A DNA stretch of 64,000 nucleotides from Octopus sinensis (taxonomy: Eukaryota), in the NCBI RefSeq assembly GCF_006345805.1, contig NC_043002.1, positions 9,300,001 through 9,364,000 on the forward strand. Reading direction: 5' to 3'. A program made the position numbers and the translations under genes. The notes below the pieces were generated by a model. That model did no database searches, was not told the origin of the DNA, and saw only the letters and a list, made by a program, of their open reading frames with translations. Positions 1 to 11,300 of the stretch are shown here, piece after piece (the first letter of the stretch is position 1; the number at the start of each line of letters is the position of its first letter).

Positions 1-59
1 CGCACTGTATTACACATCCAACAGAGCATATTGCCTTCATTCCTATTTAATCTTCGTTA

Positions 60-517
60 GCGCCGCCTTGACTGGCTTCCGTGCTGGTGGCACATAAAAA
101 GCACCATCTGTACGTGGCTGATGCCAGCGCCACCTTGACTGGCTTCCATGTCGGTGGAACGTAAAAAGTACCAACCGATTGTGGCCGTTGCCAGCCTCCC
201 CTGGCACCTGTGCCAGTGGCACGTAAAAAGCAACATCCATACGTGGCCGATTCCAGTGCCACCTTGACTGGCTTCCATGTCGGTGGCACGTAAAAAGTAC
301 CAACCGATCGTGGCCGTTGCCAGCCTCCCCTGGCACATAAAAAGCACCCACTACACTCACAGAGTGGTTGGCATTAGGAAGGGCATCCAGCTGTAGAAAC
401 ACTGCCAGATCAAGACTGGAGCCTGGTGCAGCCGCCTGGCTTCTCAGACCCCAGTCAAAATCGTCCAACCCATGCTAGCATGGAAAATGGACGTTAAACG
501 CTGATGATGCTGATGAT
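60..517 (+). mobile_element. RTE LINE 3' UTR fragment with tandem hairpin array and (ATG)n tail
   Basis: Repeated GTGCC-NNT-GGCACRTAAAAAG units, then TAGGAAGGGCATCCAGCTGTAGAAAC...CCATGCTAGCATGG...GATGATG, the same end as the LINE at 22720-26420. Confidence 0.88.
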
Positions 518-539
518 GTTTTCTGCATTCACAGCCTAA

Positions 540-960
540 GTTTCACAACTGTGTAGCATTGCTGTTCATATGCAAGCATCATTACAATCTGCTTTTCACT
601 CGCAGAGAGAAAGACCTTTTTGTTAGTAACTGAACTTTCTCCATCCTATTCTTATTCTAGCATCTACACTTTCAGAACATCCTTCTCCACTACTAATTAG
701 GTCACCTTAGTAACAGGATCCGTCTCCTACCTCTAGGGAGCCTCAATGGCATTCAAGCAAATCTATTTCTCCTGTGTTCATAATGTTTATTGCATCTGTC
801 ACAGACAAAGTCTACTTTCTCTGTTGATTCTCCTGCGATTCCACTGCATGTCTTGTGTGTCCATTGCTTGCACTGAGTACACCATATCGAATTTCCAACA
901 TTCTTTTCCTACATATCAAGTGATGCCATTTTCCTGTCGAGACTGCAGTCCTGTCTGTTT
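540..960 (-). mobile_element. Degraded RTE ORF C-terminal fragment
   Basis: Decayed similarity to the YLGD...RIRxGWxKFRELLPLL region of the RTE at 25147-25800. Confidence 0.55.
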
Positions 961-1289
961 TTCGGCTTACTAGAATTTAGCTCTTTGTTAACTATAAAAC
1001 TCTTTGATTCCAGGTTTTACTTTTATGCTTGAAATTACACACACAGACACACACACATCGTCGTTTAATGTCTGCCTTCAATGCTGGCATGGGTAGGACA
1101 CACACACACATGCACATATATACATACATAATAAAAATAGAAATAATAATGAAATTATTGTATACAGTGCTCAGGTGCACCACAACTTGTCAAAAGTGCG
1201 TTTAAGGTATATGCAGTAATGTACAAATGTCTGGAAAGTGAACAGTGTATGAGTCAGATACATGCTTGCATGTGTATGGAGGGGAGAAA

Positions 1290-1660
1290 ATCAGGTGTAG
1301 TGTTGGCCAATCGCAGGAAGCATGGAAGTTTTGAAGGATGCAGTGCTCCGACAACTAACAACTGATGCCGGCAGTCTGTTCCATGCTTCAGCAACTCTTA
1401 GCGTGAAAAAATGTTTCCTAAAGTCATGGAAGGAGCTGTGCTGTTTTCTGACTTTGTAAACATGTCCACGGGTGGTAGACAGGTGGAGTTTGAAAAGGTG
1501 CTCTGAGTTATAGTTTGTAAGATGGTTAATAATTTTATGGGTGTCTGCCAAGTCAGCTGCCAGACGTTGGAGTTTCAATGTGTCCATGCCCAGGGAAGTA
1601 AGGCGTTCAGAATATGGCAAATGCCTGATGGAGGGTATTCTCTTGGTTGCACGTCGCATA
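1290..1660 (-). mobile_element. CR1-like LINE 3' fragment
   Basis: RRATKRIPSIRHLPYSERLTSLGMDTL...TRGHVYK...RKHFFTLRVAEAWNRLP is the typical CR1-group ORF2 C-terminus. Confidence 0.8.
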
Positions 1661-1692
1661 CATATATAGACATCCCAATCTTTGTCACTACC

Positions 1693-3140
1693 ATCATTCA
1701 TCATCATTTATTCATCAACGTTTAACGTCCGCTTTCCATGCTAGCATGGGTTGGACGGTTCAACTGGGGTCTGGAAAGCCCGAAGGCTGCATCAGGCTCC
1801 AGTCAGATCTGGCAGTGTTTCTACAGCTGGATGCCCTTCCTAACGCCAACCACTCCGTGAGTGTAGTGGGTGCTTTTTATGTGCCACCAACACAGGTGCC
1901 AGACGAGGCTGGCGAACAGCCACGCTTGGATGGTGTTTTTTACGTGCCACCAGCACGGAGGCCAGGCGAGGCTGGCATGGCCATGATCGGATGGTGTTTG
2001 TTACGTGCCACCAGCATGGAGGCCAGTCGATGCGGTATTCCCTCACAGGTAATCAGATCTTCTGCAGTACCCCCCCCCCCCCCCAGTCAGTACAGTCCTT
2101 GTTATCTCCTCCATGAGATGCACCATTTTTAGGTCAGTCTTCACAATTTTGCTCCATGTCTTTCCTAGTTTCCCTCTTCCATGGATTCCACTAACCTGGA
2201 GCTCATAACGCTTCCTTATGCAGCTGCCATCCTTCCTATACATCACATACTCAGACCAATACCAGCCTCTCTCTCTTGCACACTACATCTGATTCCTCTT
2301 AAGCTCAATTTTTCTCTCACCTCATTCGTACACTGATGTTCGTGGACACTGGCATTGCACATCCATCAGAGCATGTTTATTTCATTTTTTCTTTTAGCCT
2401 TTACATGTTTTCTGCAACTTCTTGTGACCCAGTTGGGCATTTAAGAGAGTCCATTTATGGCATGGTCTGTGTGCCTCTGGCCTCAGTGTATCTGTCACAT
2501 ACCTGTGTGGTAAGTAGCTTGCTAACCAACCACATGGTTTCGGGTTCAGTCCCACTGCGTGGCATCTTGGGCAAGTGTCTTCTGCTATAGCCCCGGGCCG
2601 ACCAATGCCTTGTGAGTGGATTTGGTAGACGGAAACTGAAAGAAGCCTGTCATATATATGTGTGTGTTTGTGTGTGTGTGTTTGTCCCCCTAGCATTGCT
2701 TGACAACCAATGCTGGTGTGTTTACATCCCTGTCACTTAGCAGTTCGGCAAAAGAGACCGATAGAATAAGTACTGGGCTTACAAAAAATAAGTCCCGGGG
2801 TCGATTTGCTCGACCAAAGGTGGTGCTCCAGCATGGCTGCAGTCAAATGACTGAAACTAGTAAAAGAGTAAAAGAGAGTAAAAAGAGTATACAAAGCTTG
2901 CTTTCTCTGTTAGTCTGCCTGTGATTCTATTACGTCTCTTGCGCCTTCAAAGCTTACACTGAGTACAGCATATTGAGTTCCTACCTACTTCTTTTCAACT
3001 TACCAAATCAGGTTGTTTCCCTGATGGTACCAGGATCATATTTTCTTCTTTGCTTACTAGCACATTAATCTTAGTTAAATTTACCTTGAGGCATCACACC
3101 TGGTATTTCTTCTTTGCTTCTACTACAGATTCAGAGTTAG
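1693..3140 (-). mobile_element. Decayed RTE LINE (3' UTR plus RT fragments) interrupted by a SINE
   Basis: (CAT)n tail and 3' UTR at 1693-2040; GRGKLGKTWSKIVKTDLK at 2100-2250; RT remnants at 2900-3140. Confidence 0.65.
2503..2889 (+). mobile_element. tRNA-derived CORE-like SINE (family A), 5'-clipped
   Basis: B box GGTTCAGTCCC, CORE-like CTTGGGCAAGTG, internal TA/TG microsatellite, AGTAAAAG tail; near-identical copies at 33593, 46388, 48222 and 56463. Confidence 0.88.
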
Positions 3141-3490
3141 ATAATCAACATTTCGGAGCTCCTATGCACACTTGATCTTGAACTCCTATGGGATGTTCTG
3201 CAGCACAATGATGAAGAGAAGGAAATTGAAGACTGAACTTTGAGGACACCTGCATTTATGCTAAATTTATTGCTGATCTCTTCAATGACACAGTTTCATA
3301 ACTGCACCATTGTGGAGCCCTCACAAGTCATTTATCTCTACATAGTTCCCTTAGTGACAATCAAATTACTGAGTGTGTGTTTCAGTTCTAGTTTTACTTC
3401 TAACCAGATGGTTCTAACAAACCTATATGTGTATGTGTGTGTATATAATTATATATGTGTGTGTGTATATATATATATGTGTGTGTATGC

Positions 3491-4170
3491 ATCTTGATCT
3501 CCAACTTAACATGGAGGTTGTGTTAGAACAGAGAATACTGTATTATTTACCTTCAGAGAATATCCCATAAGGACTCGTGCATAAAAAGCACTCACCATTA
3601 TACCTATTTCTTTACTACCCACAAGGGGCTAAACACAGAGAGGATAAACAAGGACAGACAAACGGATTAAGTTGATTATATCGACCCCAGTGCGTAACTG
3701 GTACTTATTTAATCGACCCCGAAAGAATGAAAGGCAAAGTCGACCTTGGCAGAATTTGAACTCAGAACGTGGCGGCAGACAAAATACTGCTAAGCATCTC
3801 GGCCCGGCATGCTAACGTTTCTGCCAGCCCACAGCCTTTACTCACCATTATATCATTGACAAATGAAAATCCTCTTGTACAGTCACTAGAACTGCCAGAT
3901 CACATGATTTCACCCTGCTATAGATTCCTCAGATACAGAAATCCAGTTGCAACATAACAGCTGAATTTCCCATCAACAATATATTCATGCACTGGTGTTG
4001 CAAATGACCAGTGGGCTTATTAAAAAGTAAGGAATAGCAACAGTAGTATTAAATCCATAAGATAATCCACTTAACATGGAGCCTGTGTTAGAAAATTGAA
4101 TATTATCTTATTTACCTTGAGAGGATCTTATGCTCTAATGCAACTTCCATGTTAAGTTGGTGATTAAGAT
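3491..4170. mobile_element. MITE-like element with about 37 bp imperfect TIRs, containing a SINE
   Basis: ATCTTGATCTCCAACTTAACATGGAGGTTG at 3491 is inverted relative to CAACTTCCATGTTAAGTTGGTGATTAAGAT ending at 4170; partial direct copy at about 4062. Confidence 0.6.
3601..3837 (-). mobile_element. tRNA-derived SINE (family B)
   Basis: A box TGGCAGAAACG, B box GAGTTCAAATTC, central GTCGACTTTGCCTTTCAT...GGGGTCGAT, tail GCCCCTTGTGGGTAGTAAAGAAAT. Confidence 0.88.
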
Positions 4171-4404
4171 TACCTTTTGGTATTAATATACTGCTTCTGT
4201 CGCTATTATTTTTTTAATAAACTCATTGGCTATTTACAACAGCAGTGCATGAATAGACATATATTGCCAATATATATGCATACATATATTTCTATAATGT
4301 CATTGCTGTTATGTAATGGTGTAATAAAGTATTGATTGGGTATTATCTGATGGTTGATGATTGATTGATTTAAGTATGTTTCTCCATTTTCTCATTTTGT
4401 ATAT

Positions 4405-4442
4405 GGATATATATATATATTTCTCTCTCTATATATATATGC

Positions 4443-4473
<31 letters not shown>

Positions 4474-4497
4474 CATACATATATATATTATATATAT

Positions 4498-4548
<51 letters not shown>
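4405..4548. repeat. (TA)n microsatellite
   Basis: Direct reading. Confidence 0.95.
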
Positions 4549-4549
<1 letters not shown>

Positions 4550-5638
4550 ATTATCAATTACACCAAGTAGATTTCGAGGAAAATTTAAGTAATACTAAGT
4601 AATTAAGGGTTTAGCAACGAATTGCCTCACCAACACACCGAATATAGAAATAGCAGTCAAAGAGATATAGCTATTCCTTCTACTAAAAGGGGGATCTCAG
4701 TAAAAACACAGCACCTGAAAGGCAAACACAGACAGGTAAGAAGAAAGAATGAATGACGGCAATCTATCATACAATTTTAAGTTACCTACGGACGTACGTT
4801 TCGAAATCAAGTTTTAGGAAAGCATAAGAATTAGAAAATTCTACCTTACCCAAACTTCTTTTCTCATCGGCGCAGGATACTACAATTATGAATAATTGTA
4901 TATTAAATTTTGAGATACTAGAAGGCATTATCTCAACTCAGTGTCAGAGCGAGCCAAAGCATGACCAGTACCACGAAATTCAAAGTGTGAATGAAAGTTT
5001 GGTCACCAGCCCCCTTCCACCCGCGTGTAGCCAAGACAAAATGCTGTGGTCATTTACTGGGATAAAATATGGTTATCAGTAACAATAAAGGGTGAAATTA
5101 ATTAATTTGGAATAATTATCAATTACACCAAGTAGATTTCGGCATGTAAAAGCCCCATTCGAGGAAAATTTAAGTAATACTAAGTAATTAAGGGTTTAGC
5201 AACGAATTGCCTCACCAACACACGAATATAGAAATAGCAGTCAAAGAGATATAGCTATTCCTTCTACTAAAAGGGGGATCTCAGTAAAAACACAGCACCT
5301 GAAAGGCAAACACAGACAGGTAAGAAAGAAAGAATGAAATGACGGCAATCTATCATACAATTTTAAGTTACCTACGGACGTACGTTTCGAAATCAAGTTT
5401 TAGGAAAGCATAAGAATTAGAAAATTCTACCTTACCCAAACTTCTTTTCTCATTTTGTGGTACTGGTCATGCTTTGGCTCGCTCTGACACTGAGTTGAGA
5501 TAATGCCTTCTAGTATCTCAAAATTTAATATACAATTATTCATAATTGTAGTATCCTGCGCCGATGAGAAAAGAAGTTTGGGTAAGGTAGAATTTTCTAA
5601 TTCTTATGCTTTCCTAAAACTTGATTTCGAAACGTACG

Positions 5639-5639
<1 letters not shown>
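4549..5639 (-). mobile_element. Non-coding tandem plus inverted repeat module (Penelope pLTR or retrozyme-like) embedded in (TA)n
   Basis: Direct repeat starting AATTATCAATTACACCAAGTAGATTTCG at 4549 and 5114; 5457-5639 is the reverse complement of 4792-4974; TA repeats on both sides. Confidence 0.8.
4785..4876 (-). ncRNA. Minimal type I hammerhead ribozyme (candidate)
   Basis: Minus strand: CCUGCG-CCGAUGA-G[long stem II]C-GAAA-C-GUAC-G-UC-CGUAGG; 6 bp stem I, palindromic stem III loop, GUC cleavage triplet; U4-to-C deviation from the consensus core. Confidence 0.75.
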
Positions 5640-5672
<33 letters not shown>

Positions 5673-5700
5673 TGCATATATATATACATATATCTATATA

Positions 5701-6455
5701 TGCCCTAGGGGTGGAGTGAAAATACTTTTGAATTGCTCATTTAGTATTTCACTTATCCTCATTGGATTTCCTGTGAGTGTACCATCTTTTTCGAGGAGTG
5801 GCCCTATCCTACAGTGCACCGAAGCTGTTTCTTTGGCAAACTTGTAGAAAGCTCTAGGGTTTGATTTTATGTTGTCTATAGCCCAGGCTTCTTTGTCTGC
5901 TCTTTCATTTTCATGGGAGAGTTGCAGACTTTTTTCAATTTCCAGTAGATTTATTTTCAGGCGGGACTTTTCACTTTCAATTTGTTTGTTTAGGCGATTT
6001 GAAACTTTTGTACGCCGTCTCATAAGAATTTTCCTCTCCCTGGGGATTTTGTTCTTGTGTACAGTGGCCTTTCTCTCTGGGACACATTTTTAGCATAAAA
6101 TATGGCTTGCATTACAGACATGAATTGTTGAAGTTTCATGTCGATGTCTGGTGAGGAGAGACATTCAGGCCAGTTTTGTTTGAGGATCTCTTTCTCAATT
6201 TGTTTCCAGTTTGCCTTATGGAAGTTCAAGCTGGAAAGATTCTGAGAGTTTCTTGTAGGCTGTATGTCCATGCTTTCCTTTGGCCCATACATGGTCAGCT
6301 CTACCATATTGTGATCCGAGAGTAGCGTTGGTGTCACTTTCACATTATGGATGAGATCCATATTATTTGTGAAGCAGAGATCCGGCATGTTACCTGCCCT
6401 GGTTGGTTGGAGTACTATTTGCTCCATGTACAAAGTGTTGATGAGGTTCAGGAGG
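5701..6455 (-). mobile_element. CR1/L2-group LINE fragment (endonuclease C-terminus and linker)
   Basis: QIVLQPTRAGNMPDLCFTNN...LSDHNMV...NFHKANW...IKSNPRAFYKF...ILNEQFKSIFT; frameshifted. Confidence 0.8.
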
Positions 6456-8420
6456 TGCCGCTCTATCCAAAGTACTCCATGACACGTTGAAAGGTCGGGT
6501 TTCTTTTTCTTTTAACTCCCAGACATATTTCACCAGGCTGGTCTTCGTGCTATTTTTGGGGTATCTAAAGGAATTTTTATGCGAATAAAATCGGGTTTTA
6601 AAAGAATTTTCAGAAGCCCCTGTATAAGTCCTATATTCGCATGAGCCTTTTATCTGCACCTTGGCTCTATATATGATTCCTTTCTCCAGACATTTTCCTT
6701 CCAACGGACAGGAGGATCCATCTTTGCAATTACATTTTTTAAGAGGATCGGCACTATGCTTATTAGCAATTATCCTACTGTTCTGTTGGTTAACGAAAGA
6801 GGTAAAGTTTCTGCAGCAAGAATAGCTGATCTTAAGCGTTCTTCTATTAAATATTCTATAAAATTTATGATCCGGTTGAAAATGCCTAGAGACTAATTTC
6901 AAGAATTCTCTACCTATATTTGTTTTTACAGCCAAATTGAAAGCTGGGTTGAACCACAAAACTTTCCTGGTCCTAGTTCTACGCGTAGCATTACTACTAG
7001 CATTAAGTTGGTTATACTGGATCTTCTCAGAGAATCCACTATTCCTTAATGCACTATAGTAATAAGGTGTGGCATTTTGGAATGCTGCTTCATCTGAAGA
7101 AATTGACGATATTCGTCTACCTACATTACTGACTAAGTTCCTAAGAATAACTGGCAGATGATTTGATTCTTTGCTAATATAAGATAGCTTATCATTAGGC
7201 TTATGGTAAGGTTTAAATTTATCCGACCTTAAATCCAAATTTACATCTAAAATATCTACACTTTTCAGGTTAGCATCTATCGTAACCCATAATCCCATCC
7301 TTTGGAAGAAAGCAATAAGGTCCTTCCTAAGTTTATCTGATTCATGGCTGTTTAAATTATGGGTGACTATAAGGCCATCATCCCTATATAAACCTGCATC
7401 TATAAATGAGAATTCTATTTTTAGATTATGTAGAATATAGGCTCCTATGAGCATACATAACTCAGCCCCGTCGGTACATCGAAAAGAGAATCCTCGAAAA
7501 AAAGAAGTGATTTCCTTGCATGTATGATATCAATTTCCGAGTTATCGATGTTGAGATACTGCTTGGCGAAGTCTAATGCACTTAGGAGTAAAGTCCTAGA
7601 TATTGATGGGTAAAAGTCAATAAAATCAAACTGCATAAAATTGCAGTTACGCTTATAGTTAATCCCTTTGAACCACTCTATAACTGACTTATTATTCTTC
7701 CAAATTCTCAAGTCTAATTCACTATCTAACTTAGTTAAAATATAGTCCAAAATATATTTCAGTTTTAGCCGGATTGATCAATCTACATTTGGGGTTTCTA
7801 TTAAAATTGGCTTTATGGTCTTTTAGGGTAATAATAGCGGGTCGCAGGGGAAAGATATTCTATCCTATCACTATTCTTAAAATTGTTAGCTATTCTTCTT
7901 GCTTCCAAATTCACCTCTTTGTATATATTTGTGTTATCTTTTTTGTATGTATCTGTGACGCTATTCGAAATTAGACGCTTGCAAACGTCCTTATCAAGTG
8001 CATATAAGTTTCTTGTCTTATCAGACTTAACGAAGATCTTATTCCAGTTGTTAATTTCCTTAATATTTTTCTTTCATATTTCTCTGTAATTGGTTGCTAT
8101 ATTTATGGAATTTAATTTTTCTAATAAGTTTGAAAAGGTCTTTCTCGAAGGCTTCTAATTCCGCAATAGGTGGTGGAAGATTTAAGTCCGTATTTGCTTC
8201 CATTGGTTTTCTGTTTAGTATCAAAGAAGAAGGCTTTCCATCTCAATCTTCGAACAAACTCTTCCGTTTTCTCTATAAGACTTTTGAGATATTGTTTTTG
8301 TGTAGGGATAGGTATATTTTTCTGAGAAAAATCCAGTGGGTAAAGTTCCATCATTTTCAGCTGTTTCTTCTCCCTACTTGTGTAGAGTCATTCAAACTTT
8401 TCTAAAAAAAGAGCAGGTTT
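6453..8420 (-). mobile_element. Penelope-like element (RT plus GIY-YIG endonuclease), degenerate
   Basis: RRLRWKAFFF N-terminus, QFDFIDFYPSI, GLYRDDGL, DILDVNLDL, CNC...CPLEGKC, GIIYRAKV...TYTGASENSFKTRFYSH; several frameshifts. Confidence 0.92.
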
Positions 8421-8677
8421 ATATTCATATCATCATCATCATCATAATTTAATAATTGCCTTCCATACATACATATCTTCAAAGTGAGATGGCCGACATT
8501 CAATTAGTCACACTTTGAAGATAATAGAATATTTTAGTGCTTGTCATTAATTGCCCATCGAATATAAAGTATTAATTATAAAATGGTGAAAAAAAAAAAG
8601 AAATTCCATTTTATTCGTAATATCTGTTCCAAAAGTTTGCCTAGGATATGGTTGCTTGATGCTCCTTATATATGAGA

Positions 8678-10135
8678 CATCATCATCATCATCATTTAAT
8701 GTCCATTGTCCATGCTGGCATGGGTTGGACAGTTTTACTGGGCTGGCATGCTGGAAGGCTGTGCCAGGCTCCAGTCTGATTTGGAATGGTTTTCTACAGC
8801 TTGATGCCCTTCCTAATGCCAACCCTTCCAAGAGTGTAATGGGTGCTTTTATGTGCCACCAGTACAGGTGTCATTTGCATGACACTGGTATCTGCCACAA
8901 CTGCAATTTTGCTCAGCTTGATGGGTCTTCTCAAGCATGACATAATGCCAAAGGTGAGGCCCAACACTCAAAAGGAACTCAGCCACTTTGCTTCCATGAG
9001 GCCCAATGCTCAAAGGTTGATTTTTTTTTAATGCCTCCAGCACGTGTCCCCTTAAGTAGAGCACATCACCATCGGTCTCAGTTACTAGTCATTGCCTTCA
9101 TGAGGCTCAAAGTTTGAAGATCATGTTTCACCACCATCTCCCATGTCTTCCTGGGTCTACCTCTACCGCAGGTTCCCTCCACAGTTAGAGATCGGCACTT
9201 CTTTACACAGCCACCCTCCTCTATATGCTTCACATGACCATACCAGCACAGTTGTCTCTCTTGCACACCATCTTTGATTCCTCCTGTGCCTAACTTTTCT
9301 CTCAAGATGCTTAGACTCTGTCAAACATGCACACTGGCATTGCACATCCAACGAAACATACTGGCTTCTTTTCTCTCTAGCCTACACATGGGCTGTTATA
9401 ACCCATGTTTCACTGCTATGCAGCATAGCATCAAACAATCTGCCTTTCACTCTGAGAGAGTGGCCCTTTGTTGCCAGCAGGGGTAGGAGCTCCCTGAACT
9501 TTTCCCAGCCTAATCTTATTCTCACAGCTACGCTCTTGGAGCATCCATCTCCACTACTAACCTGGTCACCTAGATACCGGAAGCTATCCACTACCTCTAG
9601 TTTACCCTACTGGCTGTTGATGGAGTCTATTTTCTGTACATGTTCAGCATTTATGATGCCTGTGCACCTTCCACATACAAAAGTTAGTTTCTCTGCTAAC
9701 CTTCCTTTGATGTTGCTGCACCTTTTGTGCATCCAAAGCTTTCTCTGAGTGCATCTTATGGAGTTTCTACCTGAGGAGATTTCTGATTTGTCTGCCTTCT
9801 TACTTAATATGACTTTGGTTTTTGCTAGGTTAACTCTAAGGCTCTTTGATTCTAGACCTTGATTCCATACCTGGAACTTTTTCTCTAGTTCTGGTAGTGA
9901 TTCAGCTATATGAATAAGGTTATCAGCTTAGAGGAGCTCCCAGGGGCAGCCTGTCTTAAATTCCTCTGTTATGGCCTGGAGGACTATGATGAAAACCAAT
10001 CCTTGGTGAATCCCTACTTGTACCCTAAACTCTCCGCTGTACTCATTTCCCACCCTCACCTTACTGGTAGTGTCCCTGTACAAGGCTTGTACAGCTCTCA
10101 CCAAACACTTGTCTATCCCTAGCTTCCAGATTGAC
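8678..10135 (-). mobile_element. 5'-truncated RTE LINE (RT, PHD-like finger, 3' UTR, ATG tail)
   Basis: KLGIDKCLVRAVQALY...GCPWELL, DSFRYLGDQVSS, GRGRPRKTW; same family as 22720-26420. Confidence 0.9.
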
Positions 10136-10142
10136 CACCAGA

Positions 10143-10500
10143 TAGTGTTTCTACAGCTGGATGCCCTTCCTAATGCCAACCACTCTGTGAGTATAGTGGG
10201 TGCTTTTTACATGTCACTGTCACAGGTGCCAGGCGAAGCTGGCAACAGCCACGATCGGTTGGTGCTTTTTACATGCCACCGGCACAGGGATCACAACTAC
10301 AATTTCCATTGATTTTTGATGTTGATGTACTTGACTCAATAGGTCTCCTCAAGCACAGGGTCGAAACGGGGTTTCTTTACTTGCCACCTGCACAGGAGTC
10401 AGTCCAGCGGCACTGGCAACTGCCGGGTGCCAGTCATAGGATTGGTTCAATTTTGATTCTGATTTTCACTTGCCCCGACAGGTCTTTGCAAGCCTAGGTT
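10143..10500 (-). mobile_element. RTE 3' UTR internal fragment
   Basis: GTGTTTCTACAGCTGGATGCCCTTCCTAATGCCAACC plus array units. Confidence 0.75.
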
Positions 10501-10504
10501 CAAT

Positions 10505-11110
10505 TTTGATGTGTTGAAAATTTTGATAACTTTACATGGATGTCATTAGACACAGTTCTAACATGGGAACATGTAGAATCATCTTGTCCAGTGATAAAAA
10601 AACAAAGATATAAAAATTGACAACATTATTTTCTGTCAGTGGTCAACATTAAAAAAATTCCTTGCTAAAGAGATGCAGATCAAACCCGATGAATGGAAGC
10701 CCAAACTGTGCCATGGAAGATGGTTTTCTATCTTTCAGGAGATTGAATTTCAAGAACAATACTCAGAGTTGTTAATTTTGAGCCAATTTCTATTTAGCAT
10801 ACCAGCTTTTTCACTTTTTTTTAGAAATTTTTTCTTTTGTGGTAATCCGTATTTAGAGAGCTGATCTTCAGTTTGGCTGTTGTAATATTTTGAAAATGTG
10901 ATTCGTCGTTTAGCTGCTGTTTCTAGCATATCATTCTCAATGATGAATGTTCAGTGGACCGAGGAAGGAAATGAATTGGACGTAGCTACTGTAGAAGCTT
11001 TCTTACAATGCACATGGAACCTTAACTGTTAATGTAAAGAATTTTATAGGCATGTGTTAGCAAACAAGGACCTGTTAACAAAAGCTATATCATTAGTGAA
11101 ATATAATTAA
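10505..11110 (+). pseudogene. hAT transposase C-terminal (dimerisation domain) relic
   Basis: WFSIF...YSELLILSQFLFSIPA-[125 bp insert]-FSMMNVQWTEEGNELDVATVEAFLQCTWN...CKEFY...VKY resembles the hAT C-terminus; a hAT-type right end ATCTGGCAACCCTG lies at 13459-13472. Confidence 0.7.
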
Positions 11111-11300
11111 AGGTAATGGTTCGAGTTTAATTCTCTTGTGGTCTGTTAAAAAAAATTCTGCATACAAGTTTATTAGTTCAGTTTCTTTTCAAGTTCTCCA
11201 TATGAAACAACTTGTTCATCTATTTTATGTACTGCTTGCATTAAATAGTAATTTTCTAAATTATTTCCTTTGCATTTTTTTATTGTCTTGTAACGACAAT

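Noticed and set aside
60-350. CRISPR-like repeat-spacer appearance of the GTGCC..GGCAC arrays
   Set aside because: Linkers are homologous to each other, repeats are degenerate, arrays are part of a LINE 3' UTR, the context is eukaryotic and there are no cas genes.
43-468. Recurrent ORFs containing FLQLDALPNANH
   Set aside because: Antisense translations of the non-coding RTE 3' UTR; frames are not conserved between copies.
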